NCBI GenBank assembly: GCA_965243205.1
Contig: CBDEUK010000002.1
Coordinates: 1,024,001 to 1,088,000 of the forward strand
Source: Gammaproteobacteria bacterium
Lineage (GTDB): Bacteria > Pseudomonadota > Gammaproteobacteria > Eutrophobiales > Eutrophobiaceae
Direction: 5' to 3'
DNA length: 64,000 nucleotides
The stretch's first letter is position 1; each line of letters starts with the position of its first letter. A program made the position numbers and the translations under genes. Positions 6,459-16,334 of this stretch are shown here, piece by piece. The notes under the pieces were generated by a model, which had not been told where the DNA came from, made no database searches, and worked only from the letters and a program-made list of their open reading frames with translations.

Positions 6459-7976
6459 ATGACTGACCAACGGAATTTAGAACTTCTACTTGAGTCGCAC
6501 TTCCCTATTTTAGTGATTGAAACACACGAAGAATTGCGCACCTTGGAACTATTACAAACGATTGTAAAGAAAACCAATAAAGGTATGCATATTTGGTCAG
6601 CTGCAGATGGTTTAAAACATCATTTAGTATCTAAATCAGATTTTAGCATCGAGGGTATGTCGCTTGAAGGTAGGCAATCTGATGAAAAAGATCTGACTGA
6701 TCCCGAAGAAGCTTTGAGAGAAATAAAAAAATCTATTATCAATGAAATTATTGTTTTAATGGATTTTCATCCTTATTTGACCAACCCTAAAATTTTACGT
6801 TTAGTTAAAGAACTCGCATTAAACGCATCTAGAAGTGAAAATATTTTGGTACTTATTAGCCATAGATTAGAAGTACCAGAAGAAATTAAACGTCTTACAG
6901 CTAATTTTAAATTATCGTTACCGGATGAAAATAATCTTCGTCAATTAATTCTTGAAGAAGCTAAAGCTTGGAGCATTAAAAATCGAGCTCAAAAAGTAAA
7001 AACGGATAACAAGGCTATAGATTTATTGGTTAGAAATTTACTGGGACTAACCATCAGCGACTCTAAACGTCTAATACGCAATGCAATCTATGATGATGGA
7101 GCAATTACTCATAGTGATATTGAATCAGTAATGCAAGCAAAATATCAATTAGTTAGTCAAGATAGTGCGTTAACGTTTGAATATGATACTGTAGCATTCA
7201 ATGATGTCGGCGGTTTTAAAAATTTAAAAAAATGGCTAGATATTCGAAAAAACTATTTCTTAGATTCTTCTTCTGAAAACCAAGTTGATACACCTAAAGG
7301 CATTCTATTATTAGGTGTACAAGGCTGCGGTAAAAGTTTAGCGGCAAAATCTGTTGCAGGTTGTTGGGGTGTCCCATTATTACGACTCGATTTTGGCGCT
7401 TTGTATAATAAATATATTGGTGAAACTGAAAAAAATATTCGTGATGCACTAAATGCAGCCCAACAATTAGCACCATGCGTGATGTGGATAGATGAAATCG
7501 AAAAAGGTATACAAACCGATAGTAATGATTCAGGTACATCACAACGAGTATTAGGAACCTTACTCACTTGGATGGCTGAAAATAATTCAAAAGTGTTTAT
7601 TGTAGCAACAGCCAATAACATCTCGAGTTTACCACCAGAACTTATTCGCAAAGGCCGATTAGACGAAATATTTTTTGTCGATTTACCTTGTAATCAAACT
7701 CGTGAAGAAATCTTCAAAGTTCATCTTAATAAGCGTAAGATCAAACAAGATAAAATTAATTTTGAAGAGATTATTGACTTAAGTGATGGGTTTTCTGGTT
7801 CCGAAATAGAACAAGCGATTGTCTCCGCATGTTATTCAGCCCTATCTGTTGAAGAAGAGCTTAATTCCCGACATATCTTAGAAGAAATAAAACAAACTCG
7901 ACCGCTATCGATTGTTATGGAAGAAGAAATTTCTCAATTGCGCAATTGGGCAAAAAATAGAACCGTGATTGCTTAA
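6459..7976 (+). CDS. AAA+ ATPase (Ycf46-like)
   Basis: Walker A GVQGCGKS, Walker [27 protein letters not shown]. Confidence 0.92.
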   Translation: MTDQRNLELLLESHFPILVIETHEELRTLELLQTIVKKTNKGMHIWSAADGLKHHLVSKSDFSIEGMSLEGRQSDEKDLTDPEEALREIKKSIINEIIVLMDFHPYLTNPKILRLVKELALNASRSENILVLISHRLEVPEEIKRLTANFKLSLPDENNLRQLILEEAKAWSIKNRAQKVKTDNKAIDLLVRNLLGLTISDSKRLIRNAIYDDGAITHSDIESVMQAKYQLVSQDSALTFEYDTVAFNDVGGFKNLKKWLDIRKNYFLDSSSENQVDTPKGILLLGVQGCGKSLAAKSVAGCWGVPLLRLDFGALYNKYIGETEKNIRDALNAAQQLAPCVMWIDEIEKGIQTDSNDSGTSQRVLGTLLTWMAENNSKVFIVATANNISSLPPELIRKGRLDEIFFVDLPCNQTREEIFKVHLNKRKIKQDKINFEEIIDLSDGFSGSEIEQAIVSACYSALSVEEELNSRHILEEIKQTRPLSIVMEEEISQLRNWAKNRTVIA

Positions 7977-7977
7977 T

Positions 7978-8955
7978 ATGAAATTAAGTTCACGACATAA
8001 AGCTGAATTATTTCAACAACTCTCTACTATGGAACATGCAGGTATTCCTTTAACCAATGCTTTGCAAACATTATTGCCTCATAGAAATAAAAATCTAAAT
8101 AAATTATTACAATCTTGTCTTATCTCTATAAAAGGTGGTTCTGCATTAGCTAACTCTGGATTACGTAATGGACTATTCACAGAGGTAGATGGTTTATTGA
8201 TTGAATCAGGATCTTATTCAGGGAAACTAGCTGAAAGCTTCAAAAAACTAGCATCTCACTACGAACTAAAAATGAGATTATCTCAGGAGATGAAAAGTCG
8301 ATTAATATTTCCATTAGTAATCTTCTCATTAGCTGTGTTTATCGCGCCCTTTCCTAAATATTTTACTGGAGAAATTAGTCTCAATGAATATTTATATATA
8401 ACGCTTGGCTTCTTAATAAAGATCGGATTGGTTGCTTATTGTTTAATAGAATTACCCGGCTGGTTAAGAAATGGTTTTCTAAAAAATTTAGGGCTAGCTA
8501 AATCAATGGATAGTTTAATTTTAAAATTACCTATTATAGGTAAGACATACATCAAACATAATATTGCCCAATTTATAGAAATCTTAGGCATGTTATTAGG
8601 TTCAGGTATTACCGCACATGATGCACTACCAAAAACTGTGAAGACAATTGACAACTTAGTTATTCGTGAAAGTTTTAGCTCTGCAATACAAAAATTACAA
8701 TCTCATTCAAGCATGACTGACGCATTAAAGCTGAACCCTTATCTACCATCTGATGCTATTCTATTTTTGAGAACTGGAGAAACATCAGGTAAGCTTGACG
8801 AAGCACTTATACGTTATGGAAAGAATCTAAGAAAAGAAGTCACCCGTCGTTTCCAAGAAATTGCAGCATGGACCCCACGCATTGTATACGCTTTAGTTTG
8901 TATTTATATGATTAATTCTATTATGAGTTCCAATCCTTTCATGCCAAGAATTTAA
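7978..8955 (+). CDS. Type II secretion system F / PilC family protein
   Basis: Two T2SS-F repeats (QLSTMEHAGIPL..SGKL; MLLGSGI..TGETSGKLDEAL) with TM segments. Confidence 0.88.
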   Translation: MKLSSRHKAELFQQLSTMEHAGIPLTNALQTLLPHRNKNLNKLLQSCLISIKGGSALANSGLRNGLFTEVDGLLIESGSYSGKLAESFKKLASHYELKMRLSQEMKSRLIFPLVIFSLAVFIAPFPKYFTGEISLNEYLYITLGFLIKIGLVAYCLIELPGWLRNGFLKNLGLAKSMDSLILKLPIIGKTYIKHNIAQFIEILGMLLGSGITAHDALPKTVKTIDNLVIRESFSSAIQKLQSHSSMTDALKLNPYLPSDAILFLRTGETSGKLDEALIRYGKNLRKEVTRRFQEIAAWTPRIVYALVCIYMINSIMSSNPFMPRI

Positions 8956-8977
8956 TTATTAGTATTAAAACTTTAGA

Positions 8978-9592
8978 ATGGTTGATAAATACAAAAATTA
9001 TTCTGATCTAGCTTCTCACGAGAATAAAGGTATAGATTATGACATTCTATTTCGTGATCTCAATACACGCTATGCTATCGTAGCCCCACATGGTGGTTAT
9101 ATTGAACATGGTACAAAACAAATTTCTGATGCTATAGCCGAAGAAGATCATGCTTGGTATTGCTTTGCTGGTTTACAAGATCATTGCCATCGATTACATA
9201 TTACTAGTAATAATTTTGATGAACCCATTGCTATCAGGATCGCAAATCAAGTCGATACAGTCATATCCATTCATGGTGCTTATGGGAAAGAGCCTAAAGT
9301 GTTTTTTGGTGGATTAGATGGTCCTTTGAAACAAACTTTTATTGATGCATTATTATCGGAAGGTTTTGATGCGAGTCATGACTCAAGTCCAACACGTCAA
9401 GGTAAAGGTCTTACCAACATTTGTAATCGTGGAAAATTAAAACAAGGTGTGCAAATTGAAATGACTCAAGGGTTTCGTAAAAGTTTATTTCATAAACCTG
9501 ACTATGATAATCATCATTGGCGACCCAATGATCGATTCAGACTATTTGTTAGAACAATACGTTCTGTACTAGACAATTTTTCTAATCATTAA
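8978..9592 (+). CDS. Poly-gamma-glutamate hydrolase family (DUF867/YjqB-like) protein
   Basis: APHGGYIEHGT, LHITSNNFDEP, SIHG, NICNR, GVQIE. Confidence 0.85.
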   Translation: MVDKYKNYSDLASHENKGIDYDILFRDLNTRYAIVAPHGGYIEHGTKQISDAIAEEDHAWYCFAGLQDHCHRLHITSNNFDEPIAIRIANQVDTVISIHGAYGKEPKVFFGGLDGPLKQTFIDALLSEGFDASHDSSPTRQGKGLTNICNRGKLKQGVQIEMTQGFRKSLFHKPDYDNHHWRPNDRFRLFVRTIRSVLDNFSNH

Positions 9593-9652
9593 TTCTAAAG
9601 TATTTAATTATTCAGCCGATAGCTTAAGTCTTTGCATGGAGATCTATCACTT

Positions 9653-10090
9653 ATGGCAGAAACACTTCATCAATTACTGTATGTCAGTTCAGCAACCGAA
9701 ACCTTTCAGGAAGATGATTTAGTACCTATTTTAGAAAAAGCACGCGAAAACAATACGAAGCTAAATATCACGGGTATGCTTCTATATCATGAAGGTTCTT
9801 TTATTCAAGTGCTTACTGGTCCCAAAGATGCCGTAGAAAACCTTTACTCTAAAATTGAAAAAGATGATAGACATAAAAACTCAAGAATCTTACTCAAACA
9901 TGATGTCGATAGTAGACAATTCGAGAATTGGACAATGGGATTTTACAATACTAATTCTAATGTAACCAAGAAGATCCCTGGATTAAATAATTTCCTTAAA
10001 AAAGGATTTGAGAACATTGAAGGTAGTCGTGTGTTAGAAGTTTTAGCAGGTTTTCGAGAAGGCCGTTGGAGACAAGCCGTAAATACCTAA
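9653..10090 (+). CDS. BLUF domain protein
   Basis: LLYVS, NNTKLNITGMLLY, FIQVLTG, DDRH, RQFENWTMG. Confidence 0.92.
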   Translation: MAETLHQLLYVSSATETFQEDDLVPILEKARENNTKLNITGMLLYHEGSFIQVLTGPKDAVENLYSKIEKDDRHKNSRILLKHDVDSRQFENWTMGFYNTNSNVTKKIPGLNNFLKKGFENIEGSRVLEVLAGFREGRWRQAVNT

Positions 10091-10141
10091 AGCCTAGCAC
10101 ATTGAATATTCAATAATATCTACTCTTTACAACTTATAACT

Positions 10142-10711
10142 TTATAGTCCATAAATACAAATAAGTTTTGGTGATGAAATATTATTTTCATCACCAAAAA
10201 AAATTTCATTTCGATAATTTGATTTTGATAATTTTTTAACCCAGTCTAAAACGGCTTCATCTTCCAGTTTTCCACCTTCATGCCCTGGATAAACTATAAT
10301 AGTTATTAAACCTTTATTTGAAATAAGCTCAAGAGATTTATTTAAAGCGGTTAATGTTGTTTCTTTTTTAGTAATAATTTTCTTATCTGAACCAGGCAAA
10401 TATCCCAAGTTAAACATTATCGCTTTAATAGATTTTTTAATCGTTGGATCAATTAAATCAAATAATACACTATGACAACCTTTGATTAAAACAACGTTAT
10501 TTAAATTTTCTTTCTCTAACCGTTCTTTTGTTTTCTCAATAGCTGAATCCTGTATATCAAAACCATAAACAATTCCTTCAACTCCAACTGTATTTGCCAA
10601 GAAAACTGTATCATGACCATTACCACATGTTGCATCGATCGCAATATCACCAGATTCAATTACAGACTCAATACGTTTATGTGCTTCTTCAGTTAATGGA
10701 ATATTTTTCAT
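10142..10711 (-). CDS. mnmM: Class I SAM methyltransferase, YtqB/MnmM family
   Basis: IDATCGNGHDT, GFDIQ, FNLGYLPGSDK, YPGHEGG. Confidence 0.8.
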   Translation of the reverse strand: MKNIPLTEEAHKRIESVIESGDIAIDATCGNGHDTVFLANTVGVEGIVYGFDIQDSAIEKTKERLEKENLNNVVLIKGCHSVLFDLIDPTIKKSIKAIMFNLGYLPGSDKKIITKKETTLTALNKSLELISNKGLITIIVYPGHEGGKLEDEAVLDWVKKLSKSNYRNEIFFGDENNISSPKLICIYGL

Positions 10712-11753
10712 AAAAACGTTCTATATTAGCATTCGAAGGCAATGGTGTTTTTTCATATAAATTATTGATTAAACATTCTGAATAATAAGGAATTAACAAA
10801 CTGCCTTTTGTACCAAAGCCATTAAATGTATACAGTTGTTTATACTTTGGATGCATACCAATCATAGGTTCTCGATCAATAGTTGTCGGCCGAATGCCGA
10901 CTTCATGTTTTACGATATCAATATTATTTTTATAATTAATATGATATTTAAATTCAGAAAGCAATTCATTTCTAGCATTTTTCGTGGACTCAATATTAGA
11001 AAAACCCCTATCAAATGTCGCACCCGTTCTATATGTTTCAGTCCCGAAAGGAGTCAACCAATAGCCATAATTAAGAATGTTATTCTTAATTATTTGATTA
11101 TCATTTAATCCAATCGTCAAAATTTCACCTTTAACAGGTTTCAATGGTAGCCAATTAAAATATATATTTTCAATCTGTTTATAACCTTCACAAAATATAA
11201 CCGAATTAAATTCATACTCTTTCCATTTTACCTTTGTGTTTATGCTTAATTCACTGACATTGAAACGCTCTTCTAGATAACAATTTTTATCTATAAAAAA
11301 CTGCTTTAGGTTTAACAAAATACTGGGGATATTTAATAAGGCTGTTTGTTTTTGTTTAGCAATACCAAATGATGAATTTATATACTTATCTTCTAAATGA
11401 TATTCTTCTATATACGACCTATAATCTTCTTGTTTGAATCTTTTATTAGCAGACAAATACTCCTGTTCATTTTTTAAAACTCTAAGCATTGGCAATTCAG
11501 TATAAAACGATTGATTTAAAAAACCCTCTAATTGTCTATAAAATATTTTAGCTGTAAATAAAAGCTCTTCTATATTATTTGCCTTGACCAAGCGCATACC
11601 TGTCACAGGATTAATTAAACCAGCAGCCACATGTGATGCATTATTTTCTGCATTATCTAGAATCAGAAATGTTTGATTTCTTTGAAAGAGTTTGTATGCG
11701 AGTAAACTACCAGCCAATCCTTGACCAATAATTAAGTAATCGTATTGATTCAT
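10689..11753 (-). CDS. FAD-dependent oxidoreductase (DAO family, MnmC C-terminal-like)
   Basis: IIGQGLAG, ASHVAAGLINP, PVKGEIL, GIRPTTIDREP, NGFGTKG. Confidence 0.85.
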   Translation of the reverse strand: MNQYDYLIIGQGLAGSLLAYKLFQRNQTFLILDNAENNASHVAAGLINPVTGMRLVKANNIEELLFTAKIFYRQLEGFLNQSFYTELPMLRVLKNEQEYLSANKRFKQEDYRSYIEEYHLEDKYINSSFGIAKQKQTALLNIPSILLNLKQFFIDKNCYLEERFNVSELSINTKVKWKEYEFNSVIFCEGYKQIENIYFNWLPLKPVKGEILTIGLNDNQIIKNNILNYGYWLTPFGTETYRTGATFDRGFSNIESTKNARNELLSEFKYHINYKNNIDIVKHEVGIRPTTIDREPMIGMHPKYKQLYTFNGFGTKGSLLIPYYSECLINNLYEKTPLPSNANIERFYEKYSIN

Positions 11754-11819
11754 GCTATAACCAATAAAGTAATATTAGGTTATTTTACATGATTTTTCTG
11801 AACGTAATAAAATTTACTT

Positions 11820-13454
11820 CTAATTAGTATTATTTAACCAATCATCCAAATTGGCTTGTTTTAATAATCCACGATGCGTTAATACTGCACCATCTTGTTT
11901 TATATAATACGATCTTGGTAATTCACCATACCAAGTTGGATCGATTACATAACGGAGTTGTTCATCAAGCCCGTCAAAATACCAATTATCTGCTGTATGT
12001 AATGAATATCGTTTTAGAACTTGATTTAATTCTGATAAATCCTGTTTCCCATTGGTGGAAATTAAAACCAATTTTGGAAAATTATTCGATGTTATATTTT
12101 CTTTTAACAATGCCATCTCTTTAAAGCAAGGAGGACAATCAAGAGACCATAAAACCATTAAAACATTTTGCCCTTGATAAGCATTCTTTATCGTTTCAAA
12201 ACTCTTCGTAGTAAATGGCTGTAAGGAAGAATCTATCGCATCCCCTATTTTTACGATTTGCATTCCTTTCTCTTGAGTCCACCATGTCGCTAACAGATGT
12301 TCGTCATTCTGTACTAACTGAGGGTGATCCGATGCGCCCGTTGTTTCAGCGATAATACTGATCTCTGACCATTCATTAGAATTTTCCACAGAACGCATCA
12401 TATTCAATAATGTTTTATCTCCCTCGACTCGTTTCCAAATAATAAAAAGCTCATTATCGAATTGTGCTATTTGTGGTCGAGATGCCATTGGTGAAGGGTC
12501 AATATGATATTCATTTTTAAGAGATTTGGTTTCTACATCAAATTTAGCATAGTGCAAGCCACCCTTACCTTCTTTACCAGTAAACCAAACTTGATGTAAA
12601 TTATCTTCAGAATCTAAAACCATATCAGGCCCATGATGAGGACAAGCATTGATCTGCCAATCATCGAAAGTCACTCTTTGAATATCACTATGACCATTCA
12701 ATGTCATAATTGCATGGTCGCGAATATTGTCACCAAATACATGTCGCCAGAGTACCACTGCGTTTCCTTGTGAGTCCTGCTCGGTGATCACTCGACAACA
12801 TTCACAACTATGGTCAGTGATTTTTTTATTCTTTTCGAAGCTTTTACCTGAATCTTTCGAAACAGTGTAATATACGGCCGAACCGTTATATGGTTTTTTA
12901 GCACGTTTAGCCGCAACTAAATCGCGTTTATCTAACCAAGTTAAATAAACATCGCCATTATCCATAACCGATAATGAATCATATCGATGGCTTGTGAGTA
13001 AACCATCATCATTTATAGTGATTGGTTTAGAGAATGTTTTTCCACCATCTAGAGAACGTGAAAAACGAACATCACCCGTATATCGTCCTTCAGTTTTCTC
13101 AGTCCAACTGATATAAATCTCATTGTTATTCCCTATAGCAACTTTAGGACGATTTTCTCCATCCGATGAAATTACTTCAGGTTTCGGATTGACTGTGACA
13201 GCGGATGAAAAACTTTCACCTTCATCATCGCTAGAAACTAACTTAATATACTTCCCATCAACATAAACTATCCAAAGTATTTTATTTTTATCAAAGGCAG
13301 ATGATGGTGTTTTTCCACAATGCGGAACACTATCTTTCAAGTTTTTACAAAACTCAGGTACAAGATGTTCTTTATTGCCATGTGCAAAAACAGCACTGGA
13401 GAAATAAATCATCAGTGCTGTTAGTAAGTAATAATAAGATTTATAAATATTCAT
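11820..13454 (-). CDS. BNR/sialidase-like repeat protein fused to a TlpA/thioredoxin-like domain
   Basis: Asp-boxes SxDxGxTF/SF, CECCR, ACPHHGP; C-terminal WSLDCPPC..WYGELP. Confidence 0.8.
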   Translation of the reverse strand: MNIYKSYYYLLTALMIYFSSAVFAHGNKEHLVPEFCKNLKDSVPHCGKTPSSAFDKNKILWIVYVDGKYIKLVSSDDEGESFSSAVTVNPKPEVISSDGENRPKVAIGNNNEIYISWTEKTEGRYTGDVRFSRSLDGGKTFSKPITINDDGLLTSHRYDSLSVMDNGDVYLTWLDKRDLVAAKRAKKPYNGSAVYYTVSKDSGKSFEKNKKITDHSCECCRVITEQDSQGNAVVLWRHVFGDNIRDHAIMTLNGHSDIQRVTFDDWQINACPHHGPDMVLDSEDNLHQVWFTGKEGKGGLHYAKFDVETKSLKNEYHIDPSPMASRPQIAQFDNELFIIWKRVEGDKTLLNMMRSVENSNEWSEISIIAETTGASDHPQLVQNDEHLLATWWTQEKGMQIVKIGDAIDSSLQPFTTKSFETIKNAYQGQNVLMVLWSLDCPPCFKEMALLKENITSNNFPKLVLISTNGKQDLSELNQVLKRYSLHTADNWYFDGLDEQLRYVIDPTWYGELPRSYYIKQDGAVLTHRGLLKQANLDDWLNNTN

Positions 13455-13457
13455 TAA

Positions 13458-15713
13458 TTAAAATACGTATTTCCCTTCTAAGAAGAAAGTTCTGAATGGC
13501 CAAGGGTGAAATACATAGGCTTCTTCATTAAAAACATTATCCACACCCGCTCCCACTTTAAAATTATTATTCACTCGCCAATTACCTTTAAGGTTCACAA
13601 ATACAAAACTATCCTGAGCACCAAAAACGTTGCTTTCTCTATCACTATTGTCTAATTGGCCAAAACTATTCGATGCATAACGTACACTGGTTGAAACATC
13701 GATACTAGAATTGACATTATAGGTTAACAATAAGTTCGAACGCCAATAAGGAATGCGTGGAAATTGTCTTCCTTCTATAGAACGATTCAATGGATTATCT
13801 GTTATTTCAGAATCGGTATACGACATATTATAACGAATATCAAACGGCGAATTAAAAATACCGATTTGATTATAAACAAATTCAACACCCGTCGTTTCGA
13901 CTTCACCGACAGGTAAAGTGGTTGTAATAGTATTATTTGATAAGTCGATTGCACTAAAGGTAAAAATCACATCATCTATGGTTTCATGGAATATATTCAC
14001 ACGAAAAAAACCACCTTTAATATCCTTTTGAATGAGTAAATTATGGTGGATGCCATCTTCTGGTTCTAAATTTGGATCCGATACAAATTGACGAATTCCA
14101 GTAGATTCATTTCTAAATAGCTCTTCAACTAAAGGAAAACGTATTGCACGAGCTAATGAATAACGAAGTGTTATGTCATTAGTTGGAAAAAACACCAATG
14201 AAAATTTAGGTGATAAGCCTTGTTCATCACGTTTATCAACTTGTCTTGTTCCAGAAAAACCACCGTTGGCTTGCCAATGCTCATATCGTAAACCCAAACC
14301 CAAATCCCATTGTGGATGAAACTCATAACCAAATTGAGCAAATAAAGCATAAGTATTGGTTTCACCACCACTGAAACTACGTGCACTACCTATAAGGTTA
14401 TTTATAGAGTCGTAGTTATATGGGTTTATAGAAAGCTTATAGCGATCATAATGACCACCGACTGACAGTCGTCCTTTACCATTGCCAAATAGATTTTCTG
14501 TACCTGCTTTTAAATCTACTGTTTGCCAACCAGTATCATTAGCATCCGTTAAACGGCCACCAAAACCTTGGTTCACAGCTATAAATGTAGGATCGTTCGG
14601 ATTACGACCACTGCGAATTTCCTCATCTTTTAGGATTTCGAAATTACTGTAGTACAAATCAAATAACCAATTATCAGAAAGTGGACCACTAAACCCTAAA
14701 CCAAGTAGGAGACTATTTCGTTCTTGATAACGTTCCTGAAATGTTGTTCCACTAATATTTAAGTTTGTACCATTAAAAGTAACCGGACCACTCCAAATCG
14801 TATTACCTGTTGCATCAGTCAAGAAGCTATTAAGGTCAGATAGATCTCGCTCACGCTCCTCGTATGCTAAAGAAGTTCGGATATGATAGTCACCTAAGTC
14901 ATATCCGAACTTTATTTTAAATAGGTCGGTTATTGCTTCTTCAGCACCTGAATCGCCAATATAAAACCCATTATCACCCGTTGCATTCACACCACTTAGC
15001 GCACCATTAACAACAGTACCGCCTGCACCACTGGCAGAGTTAAAAAATTGAGTCTGTGGCTGACTTTCATTTTGTAAATGATTGTATGAAGCAAAGATGC
15101 TTAAGTTTCCGATCTTATCTTCGAATGATCCAAAGAATTTACCACCTAAGTAATTTTCATCTGTACTTCGAACATCATATTGTTGGGCAAAGAAATTACC
15201 CTCTAGAACAATACGTCGTTCAGTCGGTTCTTTCGTAAGGATATTCACCACACCGCCCATTGAATTACCTGCGTATTCAGCTGAGAACGGCCCATAGATC
15301 ACTTCAATCTCTTCAATTTCATCTGGAGAGACTAACGACCAACGAGGCGCACCTGAAAAACGGGTTTGTAAGTGATAATGAAGTGGTAAACCATCAGCAA
15401 AAACTAGAGAACGATGGCCTTGAAACATATTCGAACCACGGATACCAATCACACCATTTGGATCACCGATAAAACGTTTACGTACAATGAGACTAGGTTC
15501 TAAAGAAATCGCATCTTCTACTGTTGTCACATTAAAATGTTCAAAATCCTCTGCTGTGATCACCGAAGTTGGACTCACTTGTGTTGTATCTTTGAACAAT
15601 TGTTCACCATAGATAACAACTTCATCTGTCTCAGAATTTGAATAAGCTTGATTATGTTCTGCTTGTGTTAATGCAGACACACATAAAAGAGAAAAGAAAA
15701 CTAATCTTTTCAT
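13458..15713 (-). CDS. TonB-dependent receptor
   Basis: Signal peptide, plug (PSLIVRKRFIGD, YGPFSAEY), C-terminal GVDNVFN..FHPWPFRTFFLEGKYVF. Confidence 0.93.
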   Translation of the reverse strand: MKRLVFFSLLCVSALTQAEHNQAYSNSETDEVVIYGEQLFKDTTQVSPTSVITAEDFEHFNVTTVEDAISLEPSLIVRKRFIGDPNGVIGIRGSNMFQGHRSLVFADGLPLHYHLQTRFSGAPRWSLVSPDEIEEIEVIYGPFSAEYAGNSMGGVVNILTKEPTERRIVLEGNFFAQQYDVRSTDENYLGGKFFGSFEDKIGNLSIFASYNHLQNESQPQTQFFNSASGAGGTVVNGALSGVNATGDNGFYIGDSGAEEAITDLFKIKFGYDLGDYHIRTSLAYEERERDLSDLNSFLTDATGNTIWSGPVTFNGTNLNISGTTFQERYQERNSLLLGLGFSGPLSDNWLFDLYYSNFEILKDEEIRSGRNPNDPTFIAVNQGFGGRLTDANDTGWQTVDLKAGTENLFGNGKGRLSVGGHYDRYKLSINPYNYDSINNLIGSARSFSGGETNTYALFAQFGYEFHPQWDLGLGLRYEHWQANGGFSGTRQVDKRDEQGLSPKFSLVFFPTNDITLRYSLARAIRFPLVEELFRNESTGIRQFVSDPNLEPEDGIHHNLLIQKDIKGGFFRVNIFHETIDDVIFTFSAIDLSNNTITTTLPVGEVETTGVEFVYNQIGIFNSPFDIRYNMSYTDSEITDNPLNRSIEGRQFPRIPYWRSNLLLTYNVNSSIDVSTSVRYASNSFGQLDNSDRESNVFGAQDSFVFVNLKGNWRVNNNFKVGAGVDNVFNEEAYVFHPWPFRTFFLEGKYVF

Positions 15714-15794
15714 CAGAATCCCCCAAAATAATATCAAAAACTACAAAGAAATATTTATTGTTATATTTTTTTTAGATAAATATTTGAGGGAGGG

Positions 15795-15840
15795 ATTATA
15801 TTGATCAAAAAATATTATGGAATGTGACAAATTGTCGCAT
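15795..15840 (-). promoter_or_regulatory. Putative promoter with a RegA/PrrA-like palindrome
   Basis: TATAAT on minus strand at 15795-15800; palindrome ATGTGACAAATTGTCGCAT (15822-15840) resembling GCGRC-N5-GTCGC, at the -35 position. Confidence 0.5.
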
Positions 15841-15860
15841 CCATTTAAAGAATCATCGAT

Positions 15861-16322
15861 TTAATATTTACAACCTCTGTCATACATCACAATACTGCCT
15901 GCAACAGCAACATTCAAAGAAAATTCTCCTGGTAATTTAACGACTGACTGACATTCCTCGATAAGTTGTTCAGGCAATCCGCTCATTTCATTGCCTAATA
16001 AATACACAGCACGATGCGGATGTTCAAATTCATTTAATGGAATGGCAGTTTCTCCCATTTCAACAGCAATCAATTGTGAAGAATGAGGAAGGTTCGATTT
16101 TAAATCTTCAAAGCTTTGATAATGATATAACGGAATTCTGGTCCAGGCTTTTGTAGTATCACTGCCTTGTGGAGTATATTTTTTACCAACGGTATAAATA
16201 AAACTCGCACCTAATAAATATGCCGAACGCCATAAAGTCCCAATGTTATATTCATCACTGGTATGTAAAATCCCTATTCCAAAAAAACCGTAGTCATTTT
16301 TGATTTCTTTAACTCTGGACAC
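15861..16322 (-). CDS. SpoU/TrmH family RNA methyltransferase
   Basis: NIGTLWRSA, YLLGNEMSGL, SLNVAVAGSIVMYDR. Confidence 0.9.
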   Translation of the reverse strand: MSRVKEIKNDYGFFGIGILHTSDEYNIGTLWRSAYLLGASFIYTVGKKYTPQGSDTTKAWTRIPLYHYQSFEDLKSNLPHSSQLIAVEMGETAIPLNEFEHPHRAVYLLGNEMSGLPEQLIEECQSVVKLPGEFSLNVAVAGSIVMYDRGCKY

Positions 16323-16334
16323 TATTAATATATT

